A stretch of 36,990 bases of DNA. Source: Lama guanicoe. Lineage: Eukaryota. The translations under genes and the position numbers were made by a program. The notes beneath the pieces were generated by a model. The model saw nothing but the letters and a program-made list of their open reading frames with translations, did not search any database and was not told the DNA's origin. The DNA lies in NCBI GenBank assembly GCA_013239625.1, contig MU053995.1, positions 558,001 to 594,990 of the forward strand, given 5' to 3'. Position 1 is the stretch's first letter. Each line of letters opens with the position of its first letter. Positions 10,130-23,473 of the stretch are shown here, piece by piece.

Positions 10130-12645
10130 TTTCTGAGAAGTTGGGGTAGCTTCCTTTCCCCCATTTTTCTAGACAAGACACTAGGAAAGATACTGACATT
10201 GCTAAAAAGAGAAAAAAACTAATGCAGGAAGACACCAAAAAGTAGACAGAAGGTAGACCAACTAAGGACCCAGGACCTAAGGAATAACACAGTTGTGAGT
10301 TCTTGGGTTTTTCGTTTCCACTCGGAGCTGAAGAAGCTAGTCACACAGAAATGCCAATAACTGCAGACATAAGAACCAATAAAAACCTTCTCTCCTAATT
10401 CAAAGAAACAGAAAAGTTACAGATTAGGAAGACAGAAAAATTTTAGACACTCATCACTCAAATCTGTCCAAATCACAGAAAAAATATATGGTCTCACCAC
10501 CATGCAGCCAATTAAGTATGAGTGAAATGCTAGATTTCTATACACAGAGGGCACAGAGATGTCAGTAAGCCAAGAAAGGAATCAGAACATTCATTCCTGA
10601 CAAAGTTTAAATGATTTATTGCCATCCCAGGGTGTCAGTGAAGGCCATGTGGGCAACCTACAGGTTCACATCCACATCCATGTACTAGAAAGAGGCACAC
10701 ATTCCATTACCACTGGATTAGTGTCAAAGAAGGCCTTTGGAAAGCCAGGACACTTTTCACCACCCAGGAGTACTAAGGTATCTCCCTACAATTGAGTTAT
10801 CATTAGAAACCACACAGACAGATTTCCAAACCCTGCCAGTAGTAGAGAATTCTCTCATCCCTGTATCAGCAGGAGTTGGTTAGGACCTAGATTTCTACTT
10901 CATCTGGCAATAGTTAGATAGTACCTTCTCCTATCCCTGATGGAATGGGTACAGAGGAAGTCAGCTGACACAAAGGATTTTAATAATATCCACAGGCTTA
11001 TAACATGATACACAAAAATACAGGTTTCAATGGAAAGTTATTCATCATACTAAGGATCAGGAATCTCAACTTATGATTTTAAAAACATATTTTTTATTTA
11101 ATACCTACATGACATACATTTTAGAAATGACTTGCAAAAGATCTGAAATCAGCCATGATAAAAATTTTTCAACAATTAATTGTAGTGTTTGCTTCAGCAG
11201 CAAATACACTAAAATTGGAATGATAACAGAAGTTCAGCAAGCTCCCTGAGCAAGGATGCAAATTCATGAAATAAGAATTTAGAAACACACTTGGAATGAT
11301 TTTTTTAAAACAGAATACTTCAGAAAAGAAATATAAGTCTCTACAAATAAGAAGATATAAAGGATAAGCAAATGGATATATTCTAGTAGAATAACAAAGA
11401 AATTCAAGTAACCCCAAGTAAGCAAGCAAGGGGGGGAAAAAGGCAAAAAAACAAAAACTAGAAAACAAGAAAAGAAAGAAAAGAAAACTAAAAATAAAAG
11501 TACAAAAGTTAAGACTAAATATACCGAAAATTATGTTAAATTTAATTTGTATATATTCACAAAGACATGAACAGACATTTTACCAATGAAGACATAAAGA
11601 TAGTAAATAAATATATAAAAATGAAAATGTTAAGCATAATTAAGGCATTAGATAACTGCAAAAAAAAAAAACAACAAACCTGAGATGTCTGTATACATTT
11701 CATAGAATATGTGAAATTCAAGACTAATCACACCAAATACAAGTGAGAATACAGAGAAACTGAATCATTGATAGCATTGCTCATGGGAATATGAAATGGT
11801 ATAGCTGTTCGGGGCTATAGTTTATCAGTTTATTAAAACTAAAGACACATGGGGAGGTATAGCTCAGTGATAGAGCACATGCTTAGCATGCATTAGGTCC
11901 TAGGTTCAATCCCCAGTACCTCCATTAAAGATAAATAAACCTAATTACTTCCCCCACCAAAGAAAACAGAAACAAAGAAACCTAATCTCCTACCTCCCAA
12001 AAAAGAAAAAGAAAGTTAAAAAACAACAACTAAAGACACACTCGTATCACTCAGCAATTGAACTCTTAGGCATTTATCTCAGAAAAAGTAAACAATCACA
12101 CAAAAACTATACAAATGCTTATAACTGTTTTATTCATTATAACTCCAAAGTGAAAACAACACAGATATTCTTCAATTGGTGAATGCTTAAACAAAGTATG
12201 GGACATCAATATCATAGAATATAAACCAGCAATATTAATACAACAATTTGCAATGAATCTTGAGGTAATTTTTTTGGGTTGAAAAAACCAGATTCCAAAA
12301 GATCAAGTATCACACAATTCCACTTATATAATATTCTCAAAATAATAAAATTAAGTAATGAGAACACATAGTGGCTGTCAAGCCCTAGGAATGGGGTGAA
12401 GCATGTTGCTGGGAAGGTGGTTTGCATGGCTTATAAACAGTTAGCAAGTGGAATTGTGGAGATGATGGATCTGTTTTGTTTCTTGACCCTATCAATGTGA
12501 ATATCCTGATTATGATATTGTACTATATTTTTGCAAGTTACATTTCAACTGGTAGAAACTCAGTAAGACGTAAAGAGTTGTTCTATCTGTCATATCTTCA
12601 AAATGCATATGAATATATAATTTCCTCAAGTGTAAAAGTTTTATT
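10130..12645 (+). mobile_element. Ancient L1 (L1MD-like) 5' region and 3' end, internally deleted
   Basis: L1MD-like 5' motif GGACCCAGGACCTAAGGAATAACACAG near 10266. ORF2 C-terminal/3'UTR-like sequence at 11565-12645 (ATCAATGTGAATATCCTGATTATGATATTGTACTAT). Subfamily assignment is from recall. Confidence 0.65.
11851..12027 (+). mobile_element. tRNA-Ala-derived SINE (camelid vic-1 type)
   Basis: GGGGAGGTATAGCTCAGTGATAGAGCACATGCTTAGCATGC...GGTTCAATCCC...CTCCA, with A box 11860-11870, B box 11903-11913 and an A-rich tail. Perfect 13-bp TSD AACTAAAGACACA at 11837-11849 and 12028-12040, at a TT/AAAA site. Confidence 0.92.
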
Positions 12646-12719
12646 ATTATAATAAATCAGTGAAATATTTCATTTATGGTCCAAAATTTGCATATATCAA
12701 GATAATGATGACATACAGA

Positions 12720-13103
12720 TTCATCTATGTTATTGTCAAAGGCAAGATTTCCTTCCTATGTATGACTGAATAAATTTCCTTCTTATATGACTAAATAATA
12801 TTTTTTCTTATTATCTTAGTGTCCATCAGTAGACACTAAGGTTGCTTCCACAACTTGCCTATTGTATACAGTTCTGCAGTGAACATGGGGATGCATGTAT
12901 CTTTTCATGTTAGTGTTTTCACCTCACACTTATAATAACTATTATCAAAAGACAAGAGATAAAAAAATTCTGGCAAGGATGTGGAGAAAAGGAAACTCTT
13001 GTGCACTGTTTTCTGGTAATGGAAAACAAAATAGAGGTTTCTTCCCCCCAAAATAAACAGAACTACTATAGTCCAACAATCTCACTCTTCTAAGTATATA
13101 TCC
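12720..13103 (-). mobile_element. Truncated L1 with 5' inversion (twin-priming structure)
   Basis: 12921-13103 is ORF2 C-terminal sequence (HLTP...GCGEK...GIYP-like) on the + strand. 12920-12720 is the immediately following L1 sequence (KTLT.KD.CIPMFTA-like) on the - strand. Confidence 0.75.
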
Positions 13104-14019
13104 ACTTTTCCCTTTAGACCTCTCTGATCCTGTTACTGAGTGAGATCACTGTCATTCATGACTGGTAGGAATGCAAAAGGAAACAATCATTTTGGAGGCA
13201 ACTGCTTACTTAACGTACACATGATATTTCTGTGATGGGTCAGGAATAGAATTTGATCTCAGACAGTGCACGTGTGTTTAGATCCTGCAAACTGTGTATT
13301 CACAGGATGTTCTGGTACACACCTAGAAATGTTGATTACTCTACTCAACTCATTAAGCTAGGTAAATTCACTTTACTCTGTGTCTACAAAGTTTAATGCG
13401 TCCTTGTCTGTGTTATGTGTGTGTGTTTGTTTTGTGTGTGTGTGGCATTTTTAAGCATGTACTATATTTTGTTGTGGTTACTGTGAATATGTCTATGTCA
13501 TTAAGAGTCATTTTTAGAAGGACTTTGCTAGGCATTTTTTTTTTATTACTAGTAACATTTTATCCTAGGGAAAAGATCAGCCAAGTAATTTTGAATAATT
13601 CTTATTCCTAGATTTATGAAATCAAAATGATTTATTTGAAAATTCTATATAGCAAACACATTTGAGAGAGAAGATGATTTTGCCATTGTGTTAGACTCTT
13701 TCATAACACAAATTTCATTAGTTGTAGCATTATTTTATACATTTGACTTGGATTTTCTTTAGTCTACTATAGTTTATTCTTGGACAAATAAAAATGTTTC
13801 ACTTAGAGCCTTAAAGAGATCATCTGCTTAAGGCTTTAGTGTTTTGTGTATTCTTATGAATATGTCTGATACCTAAATTCTCACTTCTCTGGTACAGTTT
13901 TCGTCAAAAGTACATCCTGATATGTCCAAATAACTACTTTGAAGAAGAAAAATTTTTTTAAAAGCTACATCTTAAGGAAGGCTTTACACATGTGATAAAT
14001 TAATAAAAACACCAATTTA

Positions 14020-14350
14020 CCATCCTACCTCCACATTCATTGCTTGTAATTTTGCAATTCCTTTTGCTGAAAAGGTAGAGTTGATTTCTAGACCCCAAAC
14101 CTAAGCTACTATTGCTTAACTGTTTTTGATCTCCCACTTCTGAGCACTGTGCCACTTCTGCCACTTTTTTTTTTCTCAGAACTTTGTAGCAACCATGGGG
14201 ATACCAGGCTTGCCTTCTGTGTTACAAGTGGCATGTGATGCCTACAGAGCTCTATTTAGCCAAGTCCAGACCAGAAAAAAACCTCACATCAAAATGCAGA
14301 TTAATAAATTTTAATGTATTAATTTTTCATATACACCAGTTTCTGGTGAT
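14020..14350 (+). mobile_element. Degenerate MaLR (MLT1-like) LTR
   Basis: TTTTGCAATTCCTTTTGCTGAAAAGGTAGAG resembles MLT1 5' sequence. AATAAA near 14303 is followed by an MLT1-like 3' end. From recall only. Confidence 0.45.
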
Positions 14351-14452
14351 TCATACATATATATATTCATATATATTTGTGAATTCATATATATCCATAA
14401 ATATATACATTCATATATAATGAATTCATATATATTCACAAATATATATATT
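14350..14452. repeat. AT-rich low-complexity palindromic array (ATTCATATATAT-like units)
   Basis: 16-bp inverted repeat at 14369-14384 / 14434-14449; direct repeat TGAATTCATATATAT at 14380 and 14421. Confidence 0.85.
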
Positions 14453-14722
14453 CTTTTTCATTATAAGTTACTACAAGACGTTGAATATATTTGCCTGTGC
14501 TAAACAGCAGGACCTTGTTGTGTATCTATTTCATATATAGTAGTTAGCATCTGCAAATCCCAAACTCTTCATTTATCCCTTTCCCTCTGCTTCTCTCCCT
14601 GGTAACTGTAAGTTTGCTTTCTATGTTTGTGAGTCTGTTTCTGTTTTGTAAATAAGTTCATTTGTATTGTTTTTGTGGATTCCACAAATAAGTGATATAA
14701 TAGGATATTTGTCTTTCTCTTT
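14450..14722 (-). mobile_element. L1 3'UTR fragment
   Basis: TTGAATATATTTGCCTGTGCTAAACAGCAGGACCTTGTTG and TATGTTTGTGAGTCTGTTTCTGTTTTGTAAATAAGTTCA are the reverse complement of the L1 3'UTR also seen at 34140-34330. Confidence 0.85.
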
Positions 14723-14788
14723 ACCTCATGTTATTAAACTATTCTGTACATCCACAGCCAAGACACAAGAACAGTCCAAGAAAGCAGT

Positions 14789-15450
14789 CACTGTGGAAAA
14801 CAGTATGGAGAGTCCTCAAAAGACTAGGAATAAACTTACCATGTGACCCAGAAATCCCACTCCTGGGCATATATCCAGAAGGAATCCTACTTCAAAATGA
14901 CACCTGCACCCCAACGTTCATAGCAGCACTATTTACAATAGCCAAGACATGGAAACAGACTAAATGTCCAACAACAGATGAATGGATAAAGAAGACGTGG
15001 TATATTTATACAATGGAATACTACTCAGCCATAAAAACTGACAACGCCATTTGCAGCAACACGGATGTTCCTGAAGGATGTCATTCTAAGTGGAGTAAGC
15101 CAGAAAGAGAAAGAAAAATACCATTTGAGGTCACTCTTACATGGAATCAAAAAAAAAGGATAAATACAAAACCGAAATGGACTCATAGACGTAGAATACA
15201 AACTTGTGGTTGCCAAGGGGGTAGAGGGTGGGAAGGGATAGACAGGATTTCACAATTGTAGAATAGACAAACAAGATTATACTGTACAGCACAGGGAAAT
15301 ATATACAAGATCTTATCGTAGCTGACAGAGAAAAAAAAGTGACAGTGAATATATATATGTTCATGTACAACTGAAAAATTGTGCTTTACACTGCAATTTG
15401 ACATAACATTGCAAAATGATTATAAATCAATAAAAAGTTTTAAAAAAAGA
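14789..15450 (+). mobile_element. 5'-truncated young L1 (same family as 1-6542)
   Basis: WKTVWRVLKRLGINLPCDPEIPLLGIYPEGILLQNDTCTPTFIAALF closely matches the ORF2 end at 1-140. AATAAA at 15429-15434, A tail, and 11-bp TSD AAGAAAGCAGT at 14778-14788 and 15451-15461. Confidence 0.93.
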
Positions 15451-15479
15451 AAGAAAGCAGTGTGCTTTAAAAAAAGTAA

Positions 15480-16678
15480 GAGATTTGTTCAAAATAACTA
15501 GCTATCATAATTGTTCATGTAAAAGATGTAAATTGTAACATAAAAAACATAAAAAGTGAGAAGGGAGCAAAATGAAGAGCTTTTGTACGTGGTTGAAGTT
15601 AAATTTTTATCACTAAAAAAGACTGTTATAATATATATTATGTGAGACTTAACTACAAAACAATTACAGTAAACATGCAAAAGATAGGAAATAATCACAG
15701 CTTACCACTATAGAGCATTATCAAATCAAAAATGAAAATAGCAAGAGAGGAAGAAAGGAACAGAAGACCTACAAAATAGCAGAAAATAATTAACAGAATG
15801 CAATACTAAGCCCTTACCTTTCAATAACCACCTTAAATGCAAATAGACTAAGTTCCTTAAATAAAAAGATACACAGTGACTATGAATTTTTTAAGAATGA
15901 CACAAATATATGCTGACTATACACTCATTTCAACTTTAAGCATACACAAGGACTCAAAGTGAAGGGATGGGAAAAGATTTTTCATGAAAGAGAAAACAGA
16001 CAAATAAAAAAGAGCAAATTTACAAAAACATATTCCAGATAAAACAGACTGTAAGCCAAAAATTGTCAGAAGGGATGATTAAGAAGGTTATTATATAATG
16101 TTAAAGTGGTCACTTCTTCAGGAGGACGTAACAATTAAAAGTGTATCTATGTGTGTGTGTGTGTGTGTATGTAAAACAAATACTAACAGAACTAAAAGGA
16201 GAAATAGACAGGAATACAATGATAGTAGACTATAATACCACAGTTTCAACAATATATAGATTATGAAGACAAAAAATCATTACAGAATGACATTTTGATC
16301 AACACTACAGACCAGATAGGTAGAAAATTCTTCAAGATAAATCACATATTCAGTAACAAAACGTATTAGGTGACAAAATCACATATTAGGTGACAAAACA
16401 AGTCTTCTATTTAAGAACACTGAAATCATATCAATATTTTTTTCTGATCACAATGGTGAAAGGAGGAAAGTGAAAAAATTGACAAATATGTAGAAATTGA
16501 ACAACATGCTCCTGAAACACCAGTGGATGAAAAAAGAAATCAAAACAAAAATCATAAAGTATTTCACAACAAAAGACAACGAAACAAAAAACACCCAAAC
16601 TTATGGGATGCAGCAAAAGCAATTCTATGAGGTAATTTTATAATGATAAATACCTACACTTAGAAACATATCAATGAA
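15480..16678 (+). mobile_element. Old L1, part 1 (spacer plus degraded ORF2 endonuclease)
   Basis: Degraded EN motifs (LKVKGWEKIFH near 15953; NLWDAAKA near 16598). Interrupted by the nested L1 and resumes at about 20099. Confidence 0.85.
16150..16168. repeat. (TG)9 microsatellite
   Basis: Direct reading. Confidence 0.9.
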
Positions 16679-19600
16679 CAGCAGAAAAAAATGGCAATGT
16701 GGAACAGCCCAGATTTCCTATTTCCCCACATATAATTACCCCACACGCACAAAAAAATCAGCTATCCATGAACAAAAACAGTCCAGGAGACCTTTGGATC
16801 ACTTAAGAATTTTTGGCAAAACTGTGGGAAAACAACAACAAAAGCTGAGAATAATCACAAAACAGAAGGAAGACAGCTTCATTTGCCTCTATCAGCTCCT
16901 CCCTAAGTCAGCTCTGCTCAGTATTAAGAAGAGTAACTAAAAAGAGTTCCCCTCCCAAGGAAAGGAAGAGCTGGGTGAGCAACAAGCTTCTTCAGTCTCA
17001 AAGGTATTGTGTGAAGGCCCCACTTCACAAGTGGACCGGCAAGGCTGAGATGACACAGCTGGCTAGGAACAAACAAGAAATGCAGAGGCCTTTATTAACA
17101 GACACAGTGGAAGGGATTATAGTTCATAGAGACCTGCTCTGCAAACAAACTGAACAGGTTTCACCAGTGACAAAGCCAACAGCCAGAACAGTCAATGCAG
17201 ACACATACAATTATTACCAGATTTCACATTATAGATATTTGTTGTCACCAGCCAGAACCCACAAGCCTCTCTTGCAAGCATCTCAGGCTTCTGCAGCTGA
17301 GCAAGTGCAAGATGCCAGTCTAGGGCCCTCCAGCTGACTCCTACCAGAGCTAACCTCTCCAGCTATACACCGGCATACTACTTCCTGATGCCCATTATCA
17401 GACTCTACTATAGCACTTAAAACTGTGGGGAGAGTATGCATCCATGGGTGACTGCACCAACTGCAGCCAGGGGTTCTGAAGCTGCTTGCAGGTCTGGATT
17501 AAACCTCACTTTCTGTCACTAGCTGGCACCATTGTGCCCACTTGTAGCTAGACCCTCCAGCTTTGGATTTGCATGCCCCCCGCACCTGGCCCCATCACTG
17601 ATCTGCACTGCAGCATGCACAGCTAGGGGAGAGCGTGCAGCCATAGAAAAGCAAGCTGACACCCAGGGTCTCTGTAGCAGCTGGTGAGTTCATTGTTGGC
17701 TCTGGCCCTTGCTACCTGCTGTGTTCCCATTCACTATGATTAGGTCTGTAACTTGCCCTCACCACTGCATCAAGTTGGTCCCCATAGTCAAGTGTGTGCA
17801 CACCACCAATTCCAGCCACCTTTACTACCTGCCCTAGTCTATAATTACAAGTGCGACTCAAGACCCCAACAGCTTCTTTAGCCATTGTGGTGCTCACCAA
17901 GTACTGGATAGTTGTTGATATGATAAACCCCAGAAATGATGAGATATCATGATGCCTCTGACTTGGTGCAGTAATGTGGTGAAAGAAAGAATTGCCAACT
18001 AAGAATTTTTTATCCAGCAAAGTTGTTCCTCAGAATTTAAGGTGAAGTGAAGTCTTTCTCAAAAAACCAAAAGCTGGGGAAGTTCACCACGACTACCCTG
18101 TCTAATAGAAAGGATTTTTTTCAAACTGAAACAAAAGAACACTCTAATTAGTAACATGAAAATGTATAACACACTGGTGAAAGTAAGCATATAGTGAAAT
18201 TCAGAATGTTCTAATACTAGAATACATCTAATAAGATGTTATTTTGTTAAGCTTTAGTATAAAGTATAAAGGACAAAAAGCATTAAACATAGCTATACCT
18301 TCAAAATTTTTTCAATGTATTTTCATATGTCATGGTGATATTAAAAATATAAGAGGGTAGTAAAAGAACAGAATTTTTGTTATGAAGGAAAGTTAAATTA
18401 TCCCTGTAAGACTGAAATATATAATAGGCACACGGGAGCCAGAAAGCAAAAGTCTACTATAGGTGCACAAAAGATAAGGAGATAGGAATCAATTTTCAAA
18501 GAAAGGATGACAGGAAAACTGGAACTACAAAATAGCTGGAAAATAGTGATATTGCATTAGTCAATAATTACTTTAAAATATAATGTATATAATTCTCCAA
18601 TCAAAACGCATAGAGTGGTTGGATGGATTAAAGAATTTTAAAAAGAGCCAACTAAATGCAGCATACAAGAGTGTGACTTCAGACTTCAGATACATAAGCT
18701 CAAATAAAGGAATGGCAAAAGATATTCCAAGGAAGAGGAACCCAAAAGAGAGCAGGGATAACTATACTTATATCAGAAAAAAGATTTTAAACCGAAAGTG
18801 GTAAAAAGAGATAAAGATGGTCATTATATAATGATAAAGGGATCAATTCATCAAAATATATGACAATTTTAAGTATATATGAACCCAAGATTGGAGCACT
18901 TAACTTGCTAAGCAAATAATAACAGATCTGAAAGGAGAAATTGGTAACAATACAATAATAGTAGGGGAATTCAATATGTCACTTTTAATAATGTATAAAT
19001 AATCCAGGAATAAAATTAAAGAGAAAACATCAAATTTGAACCATACATTGGACCAAATGGAATTAAACATACATGACATCTCATTCAACAGCAGAGAATA
19101 CACATTCTTCTCAAGTGAACATGGAACATTCTCCAAGATAGATCACATTATAGGTCACAAAAGACACTTAGGAAATTTAAGAAGACTGAAATAATGCCAA
19201 GTATATTATCTAACACCTGGTATAAAAGTAGAACTAACAGAAGGAAAGCTGGAAAATTCATAGATATGTGGATAATAAGAAACATGTTCTGAAAAAAACA
19301 ATGCATCAAAGAAAAAATCTGGTGAAATTTTAAAAATCTTGAAATAAATGAAAATGGAAGCATAACATATCAAGATTAATGGGTTGTCTCAGCTTTAAGA
19401 GGAAATTTTATAGTGATAAATGCCCACATTAAGAAACAAGAAAGATGTTGTAAACAGCTTCACTTTACATTTCAAGGAAATAGGAAAAGGAAGCAAAGTA
19501 AGCACAAGGTTAGCAGAAGAAAGGAACTAAATATCAAAACAGAAATAAGTAAAATACAGGCCAGAGAAACAATAGAAAAGGCTGTTATTTTAAAGATGAA

Positions 19601-20098
19601 TAAAATTGGTAGACTTATAGCTAGAATAACTAGAATAAATAAATGTAATCAGAAATGAAAGAGGAGACAATTAGAACTGATACCACAAAAATACAAAGAA
19701 TTATCCATGACACAATATGATATAATTTATATGTGGAATTTTAAAAAGTGGAACTCAGAGAAACATTCAGAATAGTGGCTAACAGAGGCTGCTTTGTAGA
19801 GATTAAAGTGGTATATTGTTCAACCTTCCAGTTATAGGATTAACAAATTCTGGATCTAATGAACAGCACGGAGATCATAGCTAGCAGTACTGTATTATGT
19901 ACTTGAATGTTGCTAAGAGAGTAAGTTGTAATGCTCTCTCCACAGAGAGAAAATAGTAATTATGTGACAAGATACAGGTGTCAGGTAATGCTATGGTGGT
20001 AATAATTTTGCAATATATAAATATCAAGTCAACACACTGCACACCTGAAATTAACAAAATGTTACACGTCAACTATATTTCAATAAAGCTGAGGGAGG
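16679..20098 (+). mobile_element. Nested L1 (L1MA9-like 3' end) with both ends but two large internal deletions
   Basis: 5' AAAATGGC motif at about 16688; 5'UTR-like sequence to about 17975; ORF1 C-terminus 17980-18110; degraded EN 18545-19705; abrupt jump to 3'UTR ending CAATAAAGCTG near 20091. Degenerate TSD GAAACATATCAATGAA (16663-16678) / GAAACATCAAAGAA (20099-20112). Confidence 0.8.
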
Positions 20099-22260
20099 GA
20101 AACATCAAAGAAGTCATCTAATTTTGCATCTCAAGGAACAAGCCCAAAGGTAAGAGAAGGAAATAACAAAACAAAGATTAGAGCAGAAATACATAAAATA
20201 GAGGCTAAAATTATGACAGAAAACTTATAGTTAGTTTCTTGAAAAGATAAACAAAACTGACAAAACTTTAACCAGACAAGAAAAAAAAAAAACCCCGCAG
20301 AGAATACTCAAACAAAAAGAATCAAAAATGAAAGAGGAGACATTAAAACGTATACCACAGAAACATAAAGGATCATAAGAGATTACTATAACAATTATAA
20401 GCCAACAAATTGGACATCCTAGAAGAAATAGATAAGTTCCTAGAAACCCATAACTTACCAAGACTGACTCATGAAAAAAACAGAACATCTAAACAGATCA
20501 GTAAGATTGAATCGGTAATCAAAGAACCCTCAAAAAATAAAAATCCAGGACTTGATGGTTTCACTGATAAATTCTACCAAATTTTGAAGAACTAATACCA
20601 TTCTTTCTCAAACTCTGCCAAAAAATTAAAGAGAAGAAAACACAGCCAAACTCAATTTTGGAGGCCACCAATTCCTTGATCCCAAAGCCAGATAAAGACA
20701 TTATGAAAAACATAATTACAAGCCAGTCTCTGATGAACTTATGTGCAAAAACCCTCAACAAAATATTAGCAAAACAAATTTAACAGCACATTAAAAGGAT
20801 CATAAACCAGTATCAAATGGAAATTACCATTTGATAAATTAGTGGGATGTTAGCATGCTTCAACCTAGGCAAATCAGTATGTGTAATGCACCACATTAAA
20901 ATATAAAGACTAAAATTCATATAATCATCTCAATAGATGCAGAAAAAGCATTTAACAAAAATTCAACACTCTGAATAAAATTCTCAACATATTACATATA
21001 AAACGAATGAACCTCACTATAATAAAAGCTATATATAAAAACCCACAGTTAATATCACACTGAATAGTGTGGGGGACGGGGGGATGAAAGCTTTTCATTT
21101 AAAATCAAGAACAAAACAAGGATTCCATTCTTGCCACTGCTACTCAACATAGTACTGGAAATCCCAGATAGAATAAAAAAGAAACATGTAATCCAAATCA
21201 CAAGGAGAGAAGAAAATTACCTCTCTTTGCAAATAGCATGATTTTATATACAGAAGACACTGAGCACACGAGCAAAAACTATTAACTAATAAATAAATTT
21301 AATAAACTAGTAGGAAAAATGAATATAAAAAACTGGTTGGATTTCTATGTACTAACAACAAACGACTTGTAAAATAAATTTTTTTTAAATACTATTTGCA
21401 ATAACATTAAAAATAATAAGATACTTAGGAATAATGTTAACCAAGGAAATGAAAGATGGAAAATTATAAAATATTGATTAAAGGAATTGGGGAAGACAGA
21501 ATAAATGAATAACGCATGTTCATGGATTGGTAATTAATATTGTTAAATATCCATTCCAAACAAAGAGATCTACAGATATAATCTTTCTCTAAGTTCCAAG
21601 ACATTTTTCACAGTAATAGAAAAAATAATCATAAAATGTATATGGAACCATAAAGACTCTGACAGTCAAAGCAATCTTGAGTAGAAAAAGCAAAGCTAGA
21701 GTCATACACCTCCTATTTTTAAACTGTATTACAAAGTAATCAAAATAGTATGGTACTGGCATGAAAAAGACACATATGGTAACAGAACAGAATTGAGATC
21801 CCAGAAAAAAAACCTACTCATGTACAGCAGGCTAGTTTTCTGCCAGTGTGCCAAGAACACACTACACAGACAGAATAGACCGCTGAATAGATGGTATTGG
21901 GAAAACTTGATATCCGCATGCAAAAAACAAAACTGGATGCTTACCTTACACCATATGTAGAAATGAACTTGAAATGGATTAAAATCTTAAACATAAGATA
22001 AAAAACAGTAATTCTACTAGAAGAAACATAAGGAAAATCTCCCTGACAGGCCTTAGCAATAATTTTTTGGATTTGCTATCAAAATCACAAGGAACAAAGC
22101 AAAAATAAATAAGCGGGACTATATCAAACTAAAATTGTCTTGTACAGCAAAGGAAACAATCAAAAAAATGAAATGGCTACCTATGGAAAGGAAGAAAATG
22201 ATATAGACCATATATCCAATAAGAGGTTAATATCAAAAAATATATGGAATTCCTACAACA
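20099..22260 (+). mobile_element. Old L1, part 2 (degraded ORF2 linker/RT)
   Basis: LEEIDKFLETHNLPRL...[22 protein letters not shown] near 20926 and VWYWH near 21748; many stops and frameshifts. Confidence 0.9.
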
Positions 22261-22261
22261 G

Positions 22262-23350
22262 AATATAGTATTTGTTAAAAATCCTTAGAAATTTGTAGCA
22301 TAAAGTTAACAGTAATGCATACAAATAGTTTTGAATATTAATAAATAGAAATATTTTACAATCATTTATGGTAGAAGGATCCCAAGAAAAAAATTCAGAA
22401 CCTAACAAGAAAATATAATTGTATTATTATTGTCTAATATAATCACTGTAACAGGTATGATGAAAGGAGAAGTTGCATCTTCACTAACTTTGGAGACAAG
22501 AGGAATCTGTAATACAAGAGGCAAAAGGAATTGCACATAATTCCAATACTCTAAAATTATTACACACGGGTGTACAGGTTAACAAATTTGATACTACTAA
22601 ACATGTGCAGTGATTTGAACAATTAAGTAAATGGATGGTAGGTATTGGCAGCCAGTGGCACTGCTAGAATCAGAAGTTACATATAAACAAGAGAAAGACT
22701 CTAAAATAATCTAGTGGTATTAGATTAGCAATGAAGGTTAGTATTGACTCATGTTTAGCTTAATACAAAGTCAAGTGGTTTCAAGCAGAAATATTTATAG
22801 TTGTGTGTATATATACAGATTAGTATATACACGTATTTTTCTTTGACATGTTACTGTAAGAAGTTAAAAATAATAATACCATAAGAACAATGAGAACATA
22901 GTGCCCAGACCTATGGTTTCAAATACAAAGTAATAAAAGGAACCAGGGCTTCTTGTGGAATGTCTGATTCAAGGACTAGGTAAGAATTAAGCTGGAGCAT
23001 ATCAGTATCAGAAAGCAAGTGCTCACAAAAAAATCTACATATTGATGAGGAAATGTCCATTGAGGCACATGAGCTCCCAAATGAAAAAATAGAAAGTCCT
23101 ATCATTACTAGTCAAAGCTGTCAATGTCATCAATAACAAAGAAAGCCTAATAAATTATCATACATAATGCTCGGATAAAATCTATGAATAGAAAAAGAAA
23201 ATAAACACATACACACAAAACCCTGAGGAAATCTGACTAAACCAGAGATTAGTTAACAACAATGTATCAATATTGGTAGGTTAATTGTAAAAAGTGTATA
23301 TACTAAATAACAGATGAAACTGGAGCTGGAATATATGAAAACTCTAGCAT
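22262..23350 (+). mobile_element. Ancient L1 3' region (L1MC3/4-like)
   Basis: AACTTTGGAG...GGCAAAAGGAATTGCACATAA and AATAAAAGGAACCAGGGCTTCTTG motifs recalled from L1MC 3' ends. Confidence 0.6.
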
Positions 23351-23473
23351 CTATAGTGCTCTACTGAGAGAAAAGAGTGTTTCCGAAAGCAGCAAAAATA
23401 GAATATCACCATCATGTATAGGATCTTCAATTAGTTTAAATTCTCCTCAGGATTTCTCAGGAAAGACAGAAGG

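Noticed and set aside
11851..11924. tRNA-Ala(AGC) gene
   Set aside because: The A-rich tail, perfect TSD, stem mismatches and a second dispersed copy identify it as a SINE.
8572..17980. Second L1 ending, and ORF1 sequence resuming at 17980, at nearly the same ORF1 position, suggesting one split element
   Set aside because: The two pieces differ in divergence, and the 17980 piece lies inside its own TSD-bounded element; probably coincidence.
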